In this document: positions 20,545 through 33,885 of the stretch, one piece after another | How the letters are laid out: each line of letters begins with the position of its first letter | Numbering within the stretch: position 1 is the stretch's first letter | Program-made: the position numbers and the translations under genes | The notes under the pieces: generated by a model | What the model was told of the DNA's origin: nothing | The model's database searches: none | The model's input: the letters and a program-made list of their open reading frames with translations, nothing else | NCBI GenBank assembly: GCA_049322915.1 | Contig: JBMOPW010000045.1 | Location: 104,206 to 168,205 of the forward strand | Reading direction: 5' to 3' | Source: Candidatus Zhuqueibacterota bacterium | GTDB lineage: Bacteria; Zhuqueibacterota; Zhuqueibacteria; Thermofontimicrobiales; Thermofontimicrobiaceae | Length of the DNA stretch: 64,000 bases

Positions 20545-21894
20545 ATGCAGCAGTTTCGATTCATATTTTTTTTCCTTTGCTTTACATCAATTTCGATAGC
20601 TCAGGAGGATATCCTGGAAAAATATGTCCAGCAAGGTCTGTCCAACAATTTGGCGTTGAAGCAAAAGCAATTTTCCTTTGAGCAAAGCATGGAAGCGCTG
20701 AAACAAGCGCGCGGCTTGTTTCTGCCGACAGTCAATATTGAAGCGCGTTATTCCCGATCCGGTGGTGGTCGAGTGATTGAAATACCGATTGGCGATTTGA
20801 TGAATCCGGTTTATGGTTCATTGAATCAGTTGATTGGTCAGCCGGTTTTTCCAACGGATTTGCCCAATGAACGGATTCCCTTTTTGCGGGAAAAAGAACA
20901 CGACACCAAAATTCGGGTGATACAACCGCTGTTCCAGGCGCCGATTTATTATAATTATAAAATTCAATCCGATCTGAAGCAGATCGAGTCCGCTGCTGTG
21001 GGAATTTACAAACAACAGTTAACTGAAGATATTCAAACCGCTTATTTCACCTATCTCAAGGCGCATCATGTTGTCGATCTCTTCCAGAAGACGCTGGCAT
21101 TGGTCAATGAAAATTTGAGAGTCAGCGAAAAATTAGTTCAGAATAGCCAGGCCACCGAGGATATTGTTTTTCGGGCACGGGCTGAACGCAGCGCTGTCGA
21201 GCAAAATTTACTTGATGCCGGGAAGAATGAAAAAATCGCCGCCGCCTATTTCAACTTCTTACTCAATCAACCATTGGATACACCGATTGTTATCATCGAC
21301 GATTCCTGGCAGCCGCGGGAAAGCCAGTTTACGCTGGAGGAGGCGCAAACAGCGGCGTTAGCAAATCGGCTCGAATTCCGGCAGTTAACCAGCGCCATCG
21401 GAGCAGCAGATAATACGGTCAGATTGAATACCGGATCATTTTTACCGGGAATTTCCGGTGTGTTCGATTATGGCTTTCAGGGCGAGGAATATCAATTCAC
21501 CGAAAAAGATGACTACTGGATGGCGTCGCTCGTCCTGCAATGGAACCTGTTTCATGGTTTTCAGGACAAATCGAAAATCACCAGCGCGCGCCTGGAACGA
21601 AATAAAATAACGGCCCAGTTGGACGAACTGACCAATCAAATCAAATTGCAGGTTCAGGACGCATTCGATAATTTGACGGTTGCACGGCAGGCAATTGTGA
21701 GCGCCAATGAACGGTTAGCCAGCGCCCGGAATTCATTTCGAATCGTCACCAGGAAATATGAGCAAGGCATGGCGCCTCAGATCGAATATCTGGATGCCCG
21801 AACTACGTACACGAACGCGGAAGTCAATTACATCATTTCCAAATTTGATTATTTCATAAAATACGCACACCTGGAACGGGTTGTGGCGCGGTGA
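20545..21894 (+). CDS. TolC family outer membrane efflux protein
   Basis: Signal peptide, two OEP-like halves, YEQGMAPQIEYLDAR; operon context. Confidence 0.88.
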   Translation: MQQFRFIFFFLCFTSISIAQEDILEKYVQQGLSNNLALKQKQFSFEQSMEALKQARGLFLPTVNIEARYSRSGGGRVIEIPIGDLMNPVYGSLNQLIGQPVFPTDLPNERIPFLREKEHDTKIRVIQPLFQAPIYYNYKIQSDLKQIESAAVGIYKQQLTEDIQTAYFTYLKAHHVVDLFQKTLALVNENLRVSEKLVQNSQATEDIVFRARAERSAVEQNLLDAGKNEKIAAAYFNFLLNQPLDTPIVIIDDSWQPRESQFTLEEAQTAALANRLEFRQLTSAIGAADNTVRLNTGSFLPGISGVFDYGFQGEEYQFTEKDDYWMASLVLQWNLFHGFQDKSKITSARLERNKITAQLDELTNQIKLQVQDAFDNLTVARQAIVSANERLASARNSFRIVTRKYEQGMAPQIEYLDARTTYTNAEVNYIISKFDYFIKYAHLERVVAR

Positions 21895-21963
21895 ATATGC
21901 AATTCATGAATGGCATCTACTAAAATAAAAATTCGATACTCTATCGCTTACAAGGAGAAACAA

Positions 21964-23007
21964 ATGAACATCAGAAAATATGGCTTTTTATTCTTTGCAG
22001 TTATAGCGATCACTGTTTTGAATTGTCAATCAAAAAAAGATGAGACTATTAACGCGAAAGTCATTAACGTCAGAACAGCGGTCGTAACCAAAACCGAATT
22101 GTCTATTCCCATTCATACCAGTGGGATCGTTACGGCAAATGAGGAAATGAAATTAGCATTCAAGACCGGTGGTATCATTGCTAAAATTTTTGTTGACGAT
22201 GGCGCTACAGTGAAAATGGGCGATATTCTGGCGACATTGAATCTGACTGAAATAAAAGCCCAGGTCAATCAGGCGAAAGACGGCTACGACAAAGCGGAGC
22301 GCGACTTCAAGCGGGTAAAAAATCTTTTCGCTGACAGCGTGGCCACTCTGGAGCAATTGCAGAACAGCGAGACAGCCCGCAACGTCGCCCGATCCAATTG
22401 GGAGATAGCTGAATTCAATCTGAAACATTCTCAAATTATTGCACCGGCTGGCGGCGTTATCCTGAAACGATTTGCCGAGGAAAACGAACTGATCAGTCCG
22501 GGCTACCCGGTTTTCCTGTTTGGCGCTAATCAGAGGAACTGGAAAATCCGCGCCGGGCTTGCGGATCGCGATATTGTAAAAATTAAGATGAATGACTCGG
22601 CAGCAGTGGCCCTGGATGCACATCCGGGACAGGCATTTTCAGCCAGCGTATCCAAAATTGGCGAAGCAGCCAATCCGATGAACGGCACGTATGAAATTGA
22701 ACTATTGCTGAATCATACCGATCAACGACTGGCTTCCGGGTTTGTCGCTAAAATTGACATTTTCCCAAACGCCAAACAAGCGTTGTACCTCATTCCCATT
22801 GAGGCATTGAATGAAGCTGAAGGCAATGGCGGTTGCATTTACACCATTGACGCGGCGGATAATACCGCTCAAAAGATTCCGGTGACGGTGGTTCATGTAT
22901 TTGATAATGTCGCTGCCGCTGCCATTGGGGCGGAAAATTTAACCAAAGTAATCACCTTCGGATCAGAATATTTGACCGATGGTTGTGTTGTCAACGAAGT
23001 TAAATAA
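21964..23007 (+). CDS. RND efflux periplasmic adaptor (membrane fusion protein)
   Basis: Lipobox VLNC; KTGGIIAKIFVDDG..V..G..LA and IIAPAGG lipoyl halves; AAGGAG RBS. Confidence 0.9.
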   Translation: MNIRKYGFLFFAVIAITVLNCQSKKDETINAKVINVRTAVVTKTELSIPIHTSGIVTANEEMKLAFKTGGIIAKIFVDDGATVKMGDILATLNLTEIKAQVNQAKDGYDKAERDFKRVKNLFADSVATLEQLQNSETARNVARSNWEIAEFNLKHSQIIAPAGGVILKRFAEENELISPGYPVFLFGANQRNWKIRAGLADRDIVKIKMNDSAAVALDAHPGQAFSASVSKIGEAANPMNGTYEIELLLNHTDQRLASGFVAKIDIFPNAKQALYLIPIEALNEAEGNGGCIYTIDAADNTAQKIPVTVVHVFDNVAAAAIGAENLTKVITFGSEYLTDGCVVNEVK

Positions 23008-23094
23008 ACCAGTGAGTATCCATTCAAATCCTTTCAAAGATTTAGAACCTTTGAACGGGTACCAAAGCCGAAATATAAATGAAGGAAAAAACCA

Positions 23095-26000
23095 ATGCGA
23101 TTGCCCCAATTTGCTATACAGAATCATCAGTTTTCAATGATCATCATTATATTGCTTATCCTCTCCGGGATCGTATCATTTCTGACCATGCCCCGCTCGG
23201 AAGATCCCACCGTCACGCCGCCGGGGACGAGTGTTATCGTGATCTTTCCCGGTGCGAATCCGGTGGATCTGGAGGAACTGGTCATTGATCCTATTGAAGA
23301 GGTGATTAATGAACTTGAAGATATTAAAGAATTAGTCTCCAGCGCGGAAGATGGGCTGGCAGTGATCAACGTCGAATTCAATGTTGGCAGCGATGCCGAT
23401 GACAAATATGCGGATGTCGTCCAGAAGGTCAACAGTATCCGAAACAATTTACCGGCAGAAATTCTCCAATTGGACATGATCAAGTGGTCAATCTCTGATG
23501 TAAAAATTTTGCAGACGGCTTTAATTTCGGAGTCTGCGTCATATCGCGCGCTGGAAAAGGAAGCGGATCGATTGAAAAAACAACTGGAGCGCGTGCCGGG
23601 AGTGAAGAAAATTGAAATTGGCGCGTTGCCCCGGCAGCAGGTGCTGATTGCAGTGGATTTAGAGCGGCTGGCGCAGGTTCATATTCCGTTGAATCGAATT
23701 ATTGGCGCGATTCAAACGAATAACTTAAATATTCCGGGTGGCAATATCGATATTGGCAATAAGCGATTCAACATCCAAACCAGCGGTTCTTACAGTTCCC
23801 TGGATGAGATCAGAAATACCGTCATCGACGCATCGGGGCAGAATCTGCTCTATTTGAAGGACCTGGCGACTGTTTCCTATTCGTATGAAGATCAACAGTA
23901 CCGGGCGCGCTTCAATGGGAAACGCGCTATTTTTCTCACTGCCAATCAAAAGGATGGCACCAATATTTATCAGGTGATGGGCGGCATTAAAACCGAACTG
24001 GACAAATTTGCCCGCACGTTACCAGCCACAATGACCATCGAAAATGTTTTTGATCAGTCGCAAAGCGTATCCTACCGCTTGAATGGCTTTTTCAGCAATC
24101 TGCTACAAGGCTTGATTCTGGTCGGCGTTGTGATGCTGCTGGCGGTGAACATCCGCGCTGCCATTATTGTCATGTTGGCAATTCCGGTTTCGATTCTGAT
24201 GGGCGTGACCTTTATCGATTTCAGCGGCTACGGCTTGCAGCAGATGACCATTGCCGGACTGGTGATTGCATTGGGAATGCTGGTGGATAACGCCATCGTC
24301 GTCACCGATAATGTGACGCGTTTCATGAAAATGGGCTATTCCAAAACCGAGGCAGCTATCCAGGGCACGCAACAGGTTGGTTGGGCGGTGACCAGTTCGA
24401 CGATAACAACCGTCCTGGCGTTTGTGCCGATGATGATGATGCAGAATGTGACCGGCGATTTCATTCGCAGTATGCCGTTGATCGTTGTTTACACGCTTTT
24501 TGCATCATTGTTTGTTTCACTGACCCAAACTCCCTATCTGGCCAGCAAATTTATCAACGTTGCCAATGGCGACCGTGAGAGTCGTTTCCGCCGGATGATA
24601 AACTGGTTCATCGAAACGAAGTACCGAAAAACATTGGCCTATGCCCTGGAGCACCCCAGGCTAATTCTTGTGACAGCCTTAATCGTATTTTTTCTGAGCC
24701 TCTCTCTCTTTCCTTTTATCGGCGTCAGTTTTTTTCCAAAAGCCGAAAAACCGCAATTGCTCATTAATATTGAATTGCCGGAAGGTACCAGTCTGGACCG
24801 AACCGATGAAATCGCCCAAAAAGTGGAGTCAGTCATTGCCGCACGGAAGGATATAAAACTTTATGCCGCCAATGTCGGCAAAGGGAATCCGCGAATTTAT
24901 TATAATGTTATCGCCCGGCATGAGAAAAGTAATTATGCTCAGATTTTTGTTGAATTAATAAAGAATGATTTAGCCCTGCAATCCCAGGTGGTTGCTGAAC
25001 TGCGTCAGGAATTTTCAACTTACGCCGGTGTTGCCATCGAGGTCAAAGAATTTGAACAGGGGCCGCCGGTTGAGGCGCCAATCGCCATCCGTTTATTGGG
25101 TGAAAATCTGGAAGTTCTGAAAGCCACTTCCAGAGATATTGAAGATATCATTCATGGGACTGAAGGAACTGTGAATATTTACAATCCGCTCAAAACCACC
25201 AAGGCCGATCTTCACGTGAAAATTAACAAAGCCAAGGCCGGATTGCTGGGAATTCCGCTCGCTGAAATCGACCGCACGGTGAGAGCGGCAATCAATGGCT
25301 TAACAGTGTCTAAATTTCGGGATGACGAAGGCAAAGAATATGATATTGTAATTCGGATGCCTATCGACAATAAACCAACAATAAAAGAATTCGATAGAAT
25401 TTTCGTGACATCGGTGACCGGCGCTCAAATTCCGTTGAAACAGGTTGCGGCGATTGAATTTCAATCCACGCCTATCTCTATCAATCATTATAAACTGGAA
25501 CGAAGTGTCACCATCACCGCGGATGTGATTTCCGGTTATTCTGTTAATGATGTAACAATGGACATTCTTGGTCAATTAGAAAAATACCAATTCCCGAAAG
25601 GCTATCGCTATTATGCCGGCGGTGAGTTGGAAAGCCGTGAGGAGTCGTTCGGTGGCATGATGCAGGCAATCATTATCGCCATGGTTGGAATCATGGCGGT
25701 GCTGGTGTTGCAGTTCCGATCCTATTCCCAGCCGCTCATCGTATTTTCGACTATTCCATTGGCGATCATCGGATCTCTGGTGGCGCTGTTCATCACCGGC
25801 AATAATTTTTCATTCACCGCCTTTGTTGGACTGACCAGCTTGATTGGCATCGTGGTCAACAACGCCATCATTTTAGTGGATTTTGCCAATCAGCTCCGGG
25901 CCGAAGGGAAAGATGTCGTTACCGCGCTCAAAGAAACCGGCGAACTTCGGTTTACACCAATCATTCTCACATCAGGGACAACAGTTGGCGGATTATTGCC

Positions 26001-26148
26001 GCTGACCTTACGAGGCGGCACCATGTGGGCGCCGATGGGCTGGACCATCATCGGCGGATTGACCATGTCAACGATTTTGACCCTGGTCATTGTGCCGGTG
26101 CTCTATAAAGTTTTCACCAAAGAAATAGGTCATAGCGGAAAGGCGTAA
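23095..26148 (+). CDS. RND efflux permease (AcrB/AcrD/AcrF family)
   Basis: 1017 aa; GMLVDNAIVV, GIVVNNAIILVD, RFTPIILT motifs. Confidence 0.95.
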   Translation: MRLPQFAIQNHQFSMIIIILLILSGIVSFLTMPRSEDPTVTPPGTSVIVIFPGANPVDLEELVIDPIEEVINELEDIKELVSSAEDGLAVINVEFNVGSDADDKYADVVQKVNSIRNNLPAEILQLDMIKWSISDVKILQTALISESASYRALEKEADRLKKQLERVPGVKKIEIGALPRQQVLIAVDLERLAQVHIPLNRIIGAIQTNNLNIPGGNIDIGNKRFNIQTSGSYSSLDEIRNTVIDASGQNLLYLKDLATVSYSYEDQQYRARFNGKRAIFLTANQKDGTNIYQVMGGIKTELDKFARTLPATMTIENVFDQSQSVSYRLNGFFSNLLQGLILVGVVMLLAVNIRAAIIVMLAIPVSILMGVTFIDFSGYGLQQMTIAGLVIALGMLVDNAIVVTDNVTRFMKMGYSKTEAAIQGTQQVGWAVTSSTITTVLAFVPMMMMQNVTGDFIRSMPLIVVYTLFASLFVSLTQTPYLASKFINVANGDRESRFRRMINWFIETKYRKTLAYALEHPRLILVTALIVFFLSLSLFPFIGVSFFPKAEKPQLLINIELPEGTSLDRTDEIAQKVESVIAARKDIKLYAANVGKGNPRIYYNVIARHEKSNYAQIFVELIKNDLALQSQVVAELRQEFSTYAGVAIEVKEFEQGPPVEAPIAIRLLGENLEVLKATSRDIEDIIHGTEGTVNIYNPLKTTKADLHVKINKAKAGLLGIPLAEIDRTVRAAINGLTVSKFRDDEGKEYDIVIRMPIDNKPTIKEFDRIFVTSVTGAQIPLKQVAAIEFQSTPISINHYKLERSVTITADVISGYSVNDVTMDILGQLEKYQFPKGYRYYAGGELESREESFGGMMQAIIIAMVGIMAVLVLQFRSYSQPLIVFSTIPLAIIGSLVALFITGNNFSFTAFVGLTSLIGIVVNNAIILVDFANQLRAEGKDVVTALKETGELRFTPIILTSGTTVGGLLPLTLRGGTMWAPMGWTIIGGLTMSTILTLVIVPVLYKVFTKEIGHSGKA

Positions 26149-26215
26149 CCATTCAGGTTGAAATAAGAAAGACGTCGCACGACACTTTTATTAACCCAAG
26201 TCATTATTCCGAACA

Positions 26216-26264
26216 GAGATTCCAGCGCGCCCTGGCCTTGAAAAAAACCAGGCGCGCTGGATCT
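26216..26264. terminator. Strong hairpin after the RND operon
   Basis: AGATTCCAGCGCGCC-CTGG...CCAGGCGCGCTGGATCT. Confidence 0.6.
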
Positions 26265-26348
26265 GAAACAATTTTTCAGTATTGCCGTTTGACAGACCAA
26301 TCACATGGGATTTGAAAAATCAATCAGACCAGCACAAAGGAATCCGAT

Positions 26349-27905
26349 ATGGCAAAACGATTATCCCCGGAATGGGCTGCGATTCTCCTGCTTGCGCTTT
26401 TCAAATTTTTATTACATGTCCTGTTACCGGCAAATTACGAATTGCATCGGGACACCTATCTCTACCTGGCTCAGGGCGCGCATCTGGATTGGAGTTTTCT
26501 CTCGGTGCCGCCAGTGACAGCGATGCTCGGAAATATCGCCCGGTTCTTCCTGGGCGATTCGGCATTCGCTGTTCAATTTTTTCCGGCGCTGGCCGGAGCG
26601 CTTTCCGTGGTCGTCGTCGGGATGATCATCAGGAGCCTGTCCGGAAAAATCTGGGCCATTGTATTAGGTTGCTCCGCGTTCATTCTCTCGGTGGCATTTT
26701 TACGAAGCAATGCCCTGTTCCAGCCGGTCGCATTCGACGAATTCTTCTGGCTGCTCTCCACCTATTTCATGGTGAAAATGCTTCAAACCCAACACCCGAA
26801 ATTCTGGATTCACCTGGGAATTACCTGGGGATTCGCGATACTGACCAAATACAATATTGGGTTTCTGATTTTCGCATTTGACCTCTCACTGCTCCTGACC
26901 AAAGACAGGAAATTGTTCCTCTCGAAATATTTTCTTTATGGGACGCTGCTGGCCAGCATCATCGTTCTGCCCAATTTGATCTGGCAATTTAACCACAATT
27001 TTCCTGTTGTCTATCACATGTCCCGGCTCCGGGCAGAACAGCTCGTGCATGTCCAGGCAGCCGATTTTTTAATGGCCCAGGTATTGATGAATATATCCAG
27101 TCTGTTCGTCTGGGTTTTTGGCGTAATTTTTCTTCTGTTCCTCCGGGAGGGAAAGAAATTTCGCGTGATGGGATTTACCTTTCTGGCAGTCATCTTGGTC
27201 TATCTCGTTCTCAAAGGAAAAGCGTATTACGCACTCGGAATTTATCCCATGCTGTTCGCCTTTGGCGGCTTTGCTTTTGAAAAATACTGCGTCGGTCGCC
27301 GGCATCTGCTGCGCCCCATCGTTTTGGTCGTGATGTTTTTCATGAGCCTGGCGCTGCTTCCGTTCAGCCTGCCGATTCTGCCGCTTGATAGCATGGTGGC
27401 GTACGGGGAGAAGGCGAAACAATTTGGCGGTGAGGGCGCCTTGCGCTGGGAGGATGGTCGCGTTTATCCGCTGCCCCAGGATTATGCGGACATGACCGGC
27501 TGGAAAGAACTGGGTGATATAGTCATCAATACCTATCAGAGCCTGAGTGATTCTGAAAAAGCCAGTTGTGCGATTTACGCTGAAAATTATGGGCAGGCCG
27601 GCGCTATTGTCTATTTCAGTCGATTTGATAACCTGCCCGAGCCGATCAGTTTTGAAGAGAGCTTCCTGTTCTGGGCGCCGGATAGCGCGGATTTCGAAAC
27701 GCTCATTTACGTGAATGACGATACCTCTGAAATCGTAAGGTATTTCGCATCAGTGGAACTGGCCGGACGAATTACTGATCCGTACGCCAGGGAGAGTGGG
27801 TTACCTGTCTGGCTGTGCAGAACGCCGCGCAATGGATTTGCAGATTTCTACGCGCAGAGGGTTAGGCAGGTCAAAGATCAATTTCGAAGAAAGTCCGGGG
27901 CTTGA
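26349..27905 (+). CDS. GT-C fold membrane glycosyltransferase (ArnT/PMT_2, GT39-like)
   Basis: LHRDTYLY..GAHLDW, multiple TM helices, TKY, PNLIWQ, NYGQAGA. Confidence 0.82.
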   Translation: MAKRLSPEWAAILLLALFKFLLHVLLPANYELHRDTYLYLAQGAHLDWSFLSVPPVTAMLGNIARFFLGDSAFAVQFFPALAGALSVVVVGMIIRSLSGKIWAIVLGCSAFILSVAFLRSNALFQPVAFDEFFWLLSTYFMVKMLQTQHPKFWIHLGITWGFAILTKYNIGFLIFAFDLSLLLTKDRKLFLSKYFLYGTLLASIIVLPNLIWQFNHNFPVVYHMSRLRAEQLVHVQAADFLMAQVLMNISSLFVWVFGVIFLLFLREGKKFRVMGFTFLAVILVYLVLKGKAYYALGIYPMLFAFGGFAFEKYCVGRRHLLRPIVLVVMFFMSLALLPFSLPILPLDSMVAYGEKAKQFGGEGALRWEDGRVYPLPQDYADMTGWKELGDIVINTYQSLSDSEKASCAIYAENYGQAGAIVYFSRFDNLPEPISFEESFLFWAPDSADFETLIYVNDDTSEIVRYFASVELAGRITDPYARESGLPVWLCRTPRNGFADFYAQRVRQVKDQFRRKSGA

Positions 27906-28096
27906 GAAATGGGACGCAGCCCGGCAAGTCGCGGGCAGAATTGGCAGGTTGAAAACCGAAATCACCCGGTGAATCCGAGCCTTCGGACGCGCTGAATTCT
28001 TTGCATTGGCGTGTACTCTGCCTCGGGCGTCAGCGGCTGGCAGGCAAATTTTTCCCGCTGACCAAAGGGGCTGTCATCGGTGAACGGATGCAGCGC

Positions 28097-28849
28097 TCAA
28101 TACTTCCCCACCGTGGCTAAATAAATCGCGAATTCTTCTTTGCCATCGACGCCGATGATCTGGTTGACAGCGTTGTCATCGAACGCTGCCACAGCGCAAC
28201 AGCCAATTCCCAGCGCTTCGCTGGTCAGATAGAGGTTCTGGCAGACATGGCCGGCGTCGAGGTAAATATAACGAAACGCCCGTTGCTGGTACTTCCAGAG
28301 ACTCCGTTGAATAATGGCAGTCCAGATGAATGACACGGCGCAGGTTACAAAGATACCCTGTCCCAGACAGGCCTCGGCAATGCGCTGTGGCAGGTCCGCG
28401 CCTTCCTGCACCAAGACCAGTTTATGCTCAAAGGGTAAATACCGGTAGAGCCCCGACAGTTGATCCTGCACTTGATTGAGTATCAGGTACGTTTCCAGCG
28501 GATGTCTTGCCCCGGCCGAAGGCGAGGTGCGATAGGAGTAGCCATAGCCCGATTCAATGACGCCCTGGGTTCCCCAGAGCAAGGCAGCCAATTCTTTGAG
28601 CGTGAGCGGTTCCCTGGAATAGCTGCGCCGTGAGCGGCGCTTCATCAAAAGGGTGAAAAAATTGTCCGCTGCGGCAGGAATGAACTCGTCAGCGCCGGGC
28701 AACCTCACCGTGGACTGGGACGAGAAGTATGGCTTTTTGTCCGATGGCACCGGCAGTCCCTGACTCATCTCACTGGGTGAGAAAAAATAATTGTATTTGG
28801 TAAATTCCTGGAAATATTCTCCGATATGAATTATCTGTGATTTCTCCAT
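28097..28849 (-). CDS. SagB/ThcOx-family dehydrogenase (nitroreductase fold)
   Basis: RRSRR, PSAGARHPLETY, RYIYLDAGHVCQNLYL. Confidence 0.88.
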   Translation of the reverse strand: MEKSQIIHIGEYFQEFTKYNYFFSPSEMSQGLPVPSDKKPYFSSQSTVRLPGADEFIPAAADNFFTLLMKRRSRRSYSREPLTLKELAALLWGTQGVIESGYGYSYRTSPSAGARHPLETYLILNQVQDQLSGLYRYLPFEHKLVLVQEGADLPQRIAEACLGQGIFVTCAVSFIWTAIIQRSLWKYQQRAFRYIYLDAGHVCQNLYLTSEALGIGCCAVAAFDDNAVNQIIGVDGKEEFAIYLATVGKY

Positions 28850-28970
28850 CGATTCTCTCCCTCGCGGATACGTCTCCCGGCGTGAATTCAGTATTAACAA
28901 TGAATTTGATGTGGTTCGAAAAATCCAATCCTCGTGCGACCGCCAAACCTGACGCCAATTTCCCCATAAT

Positions 28971-29010
28971 AAAAAGCGGCTGGCTCATTCTGATGAAAGC
29001 GCCAACCGCT
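28971..29010 (-). terminator. Probable ppdK terminator
   Basis: AAAAAGCGGCTGGC...GCCAACCGCT hairpin with U-tract on the minus strand. Confidence 0.5.
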
Positions 29011-29040
29011 GTGTAAATCATTATGGATGAATGCCGTCAA

Positions 29041-31716
<2,676 letters not shown>

Positions 31717-31773
31717 CAATACTTCTCCCTAACTTTGTTAAATTTGTCACACGTAGTTTATAAGACCTAACGT

Positions 31774-31911
31774 GAGCGATTAGCCCACAGCTATCAGCCA
31801 TCAGCGGCAAGGTTTCAGCCATTTGGTGAGCTGAACGCTAGACGCAAGACGCAAGACGCTAGAAGCCAAAAGATAGAAGCCAAAAGCCAATAGCTAAATG
31901 CCAAACGCTAA
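31774..31911. repeat. Degenerate heptamer tandem repeats in two opposing arms
   Basis: CAGCTAT CAGCCAT CAGCGGC... then ACGCTAG ACGCAAG ACGCAAG ACGCTAG AAGCCAA AAGATAG AAGCCAA AAGCCAA TAGCTAA ATGCCAA ACGCTAA. Confidence 0.8.
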
Positions 31912-32042
31912 TCACTTCAATCAGGTCAGAGTTATTTTAGAATTTTTGAATCACACTCAGTTTTAATTTTCACATGACGGCTGCCGTTCAATCAGGCGCT
32001 GCCATCGAATCGTTACTTTCGGACCTGCTGCAATCGACAGGG

Positions 32043-33749
32043 TTAACGGATATCGACCAGACTGCTCAGCAGCGAAGAATACGAGCTTTCATTCGAGATA
32101 ATTTCGACAGCCTTTTTTATTTCCGGCGTCCATTGGAATTCGCTTTGGTATTTACCCTCGGTGCCCCACAGTTTCGCGGAAATTTCCGTCTTGAGTTTCC
32201 ACTTGATCAGATCCAGATCGCGATCAAAATCAGCTTTTTTGGCATCTGCCACTGCCTTTTTAAAATTGTTGAAAGAAGCGATGACGGTCTGGTCATAATG
32301 TTGTTCCTTCAACAATTCCTCAATGGCGTCGCAGTGCTCTTCGGCGTCGGTTTTATAGGTGAACTGCTTCTCGGTCAGGAATTTTTTGAAATCCGCGACC
32401 ATGTCATCGGTGACCTCAAAGTCCTGATGAATCTGTCCATTCTGGGATGCATATTCCAGCGCGTAATTGAAGAACATGGATTTCATGATCAGGTTGCCGA
32501 ATAGCGGGGTTATCTCGTAGGGTTCGACTTTGATATCAGGGACGATGCCGCCTCCACCGTGGACTTTTCGTTTGGACTTGGTAAAAAAGACTTCATCCTG
32601 CTTGACAGTGGTGTCTTTGTTGGCCTCGTAGCCCCAGACCACATCTTTGGCGCGAATGAAATCCGGTTTTTGAATGAGACGACCGCTTGGGATGTAATAT
32701 TTGGCGGTGGTTATTTTGAGCGATGTCCCTTTCTGATTCAGGGGCAATACGGTTTGAACCAGGCCTTTCCCAAAAGTTCTCGAGCCGATAATCAAACCGC
32801 GGTCGAGATCCTGAATGGCGCCGGCCACAATCTCCGACGCGGAGGCGCTGAAATTATCGACCAGCAGGATGAGCGGTTTATCGCCCCAGATGGGCTCGAT
32901 GCTCGATCGGTATTCCACATTCGTTCCGGATGCGCGACCTTTGGTGTAGACGATCAAATTGCCTTCGGGCACAAAGTTCTCCGCCACCTGAACAGCCGAT
33001 TCAAGCAATCCCCCTGGATTGCCGCGCAGATCGAGGATCAGGCTTTCCATGCCCTGGCCCTTGAGCACCGCAATGGAATCGTGAACCTGTTTCCCGGCGT
33101 ATCGGGAAAAGTGGCTCAGGCGAATGTAACCGATTTTGTCATCGACGAATCCGGCAAAGGTGACGTCGCTGACTTTTATCTCGGCCCGGATCAATCGAAA
33201 TTCGAGAGGCTTCATTTCGCCCACGCGACGGATGGAAATGGACACAGCCGTGCCAATTTCACCGCGCAGCCGCTCCGCTGTCTCGGTGATGGTCAGCGTT
33301 TTGGTAGGCACGCCGTCAATTTCAATGATTCGATCGCCTTCCCGAATGCCGGCTTTGCTGCTGGGCGTGCCCTCAAACGGCGGCTCAACAACCGTGGGCC
33401 AGTTATCCCGTTTCGCGATTCGCATGCCAACGCCGCCGTACTTTCCCGTGGTCATGATTTTCAGTTCGTCTGTATCCTCATACTCAATAAACATGGTGTA
33501 GGGATCCAGCGTATGCAGCATGCCCTCGATGCCGGATTTCATAAACTTGCCCGGATCGATTTCTTCGACATAGCGCCGGGCAATTTCTTCGTACACCTTG
33601 CCAAAAAGCTGGATATTTTTATCGATCTCGAAATAATAATCCGGCGCGGCAGTGTTGGTTTCCCTGGCGATCCAGCCGCCGAGCAATGTGGCGCCGAACA
33701 ACAGGACGATGGTTAAAATTATAGGAATAAAACGTTGTTTATCTTTCAT
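32043..33749 (-). CDS. ctpA: Carboxyl-terminal processing protease (S41A)
   Basis: PDZ GGVGMRI, LDLRGNPGGLL, SASASEI, TFGKGLVQ. Confidence 0.93.
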   Translation of the reverse strand: MKDKQRFIPIILTIVLLFGATLLGGWIARETNTAAPDYYFEIDKNIQLFGKVYEEIARRYVEEIDPGKFMKSGIEGMLHTLDPYTMFIEYEDTDELKIMTTGKYGGVGMRIAKRDNWPTVVEPPFEGTPSSKAGIREGDRIIEIDGVPTKTLTITETAERLRGEIGTAVSISIRRVGEMKPLEFRLIRAEIKVSDVTFAGFVDDKIGYIRLSHFSRYAGKQVHDSIAVLKGQGMESLILDLRGNPGGLLESAVQVAENFVPEGNLIVYTKGRASGTNVEYRSSIEPIWGDKPLILLVDNFSASASEIVAGAIQDLDRGLIIGSRTFGKGLVQTVLPLNQKGTSLKITTAKYYIPSGRLIQKPDFIRAKDVVWGYEANKDTTVKQDEVFFTKSKRKVHGGGGIVPDIKVEPYEITPLFGNLIMKSMFFNYALEYASQNGQIHQDFEVTDDMVADFKKFLTEKQFTYKTDAEEHCDAIEELLKEQHYDQTVIASFNNFKKAVADAKKADFDRDLDLIKWKLKTEISAKLWGTEGKYQSEFQWTPEIKKAVEIISNESSYSSLLSSLVDIR

Positions 33750-33885
33750 AACGGTCTCCCTGGATTAATGTGCACTATTTGAATTGCAGTTCACGATATA
33801 TGCGAATGAAGAGAATTGAAACGTGAACAAAGCTTCAAGTTAGAATGAACTTTATATATACCGCATGGCGTCAATAAAGCGGAAG

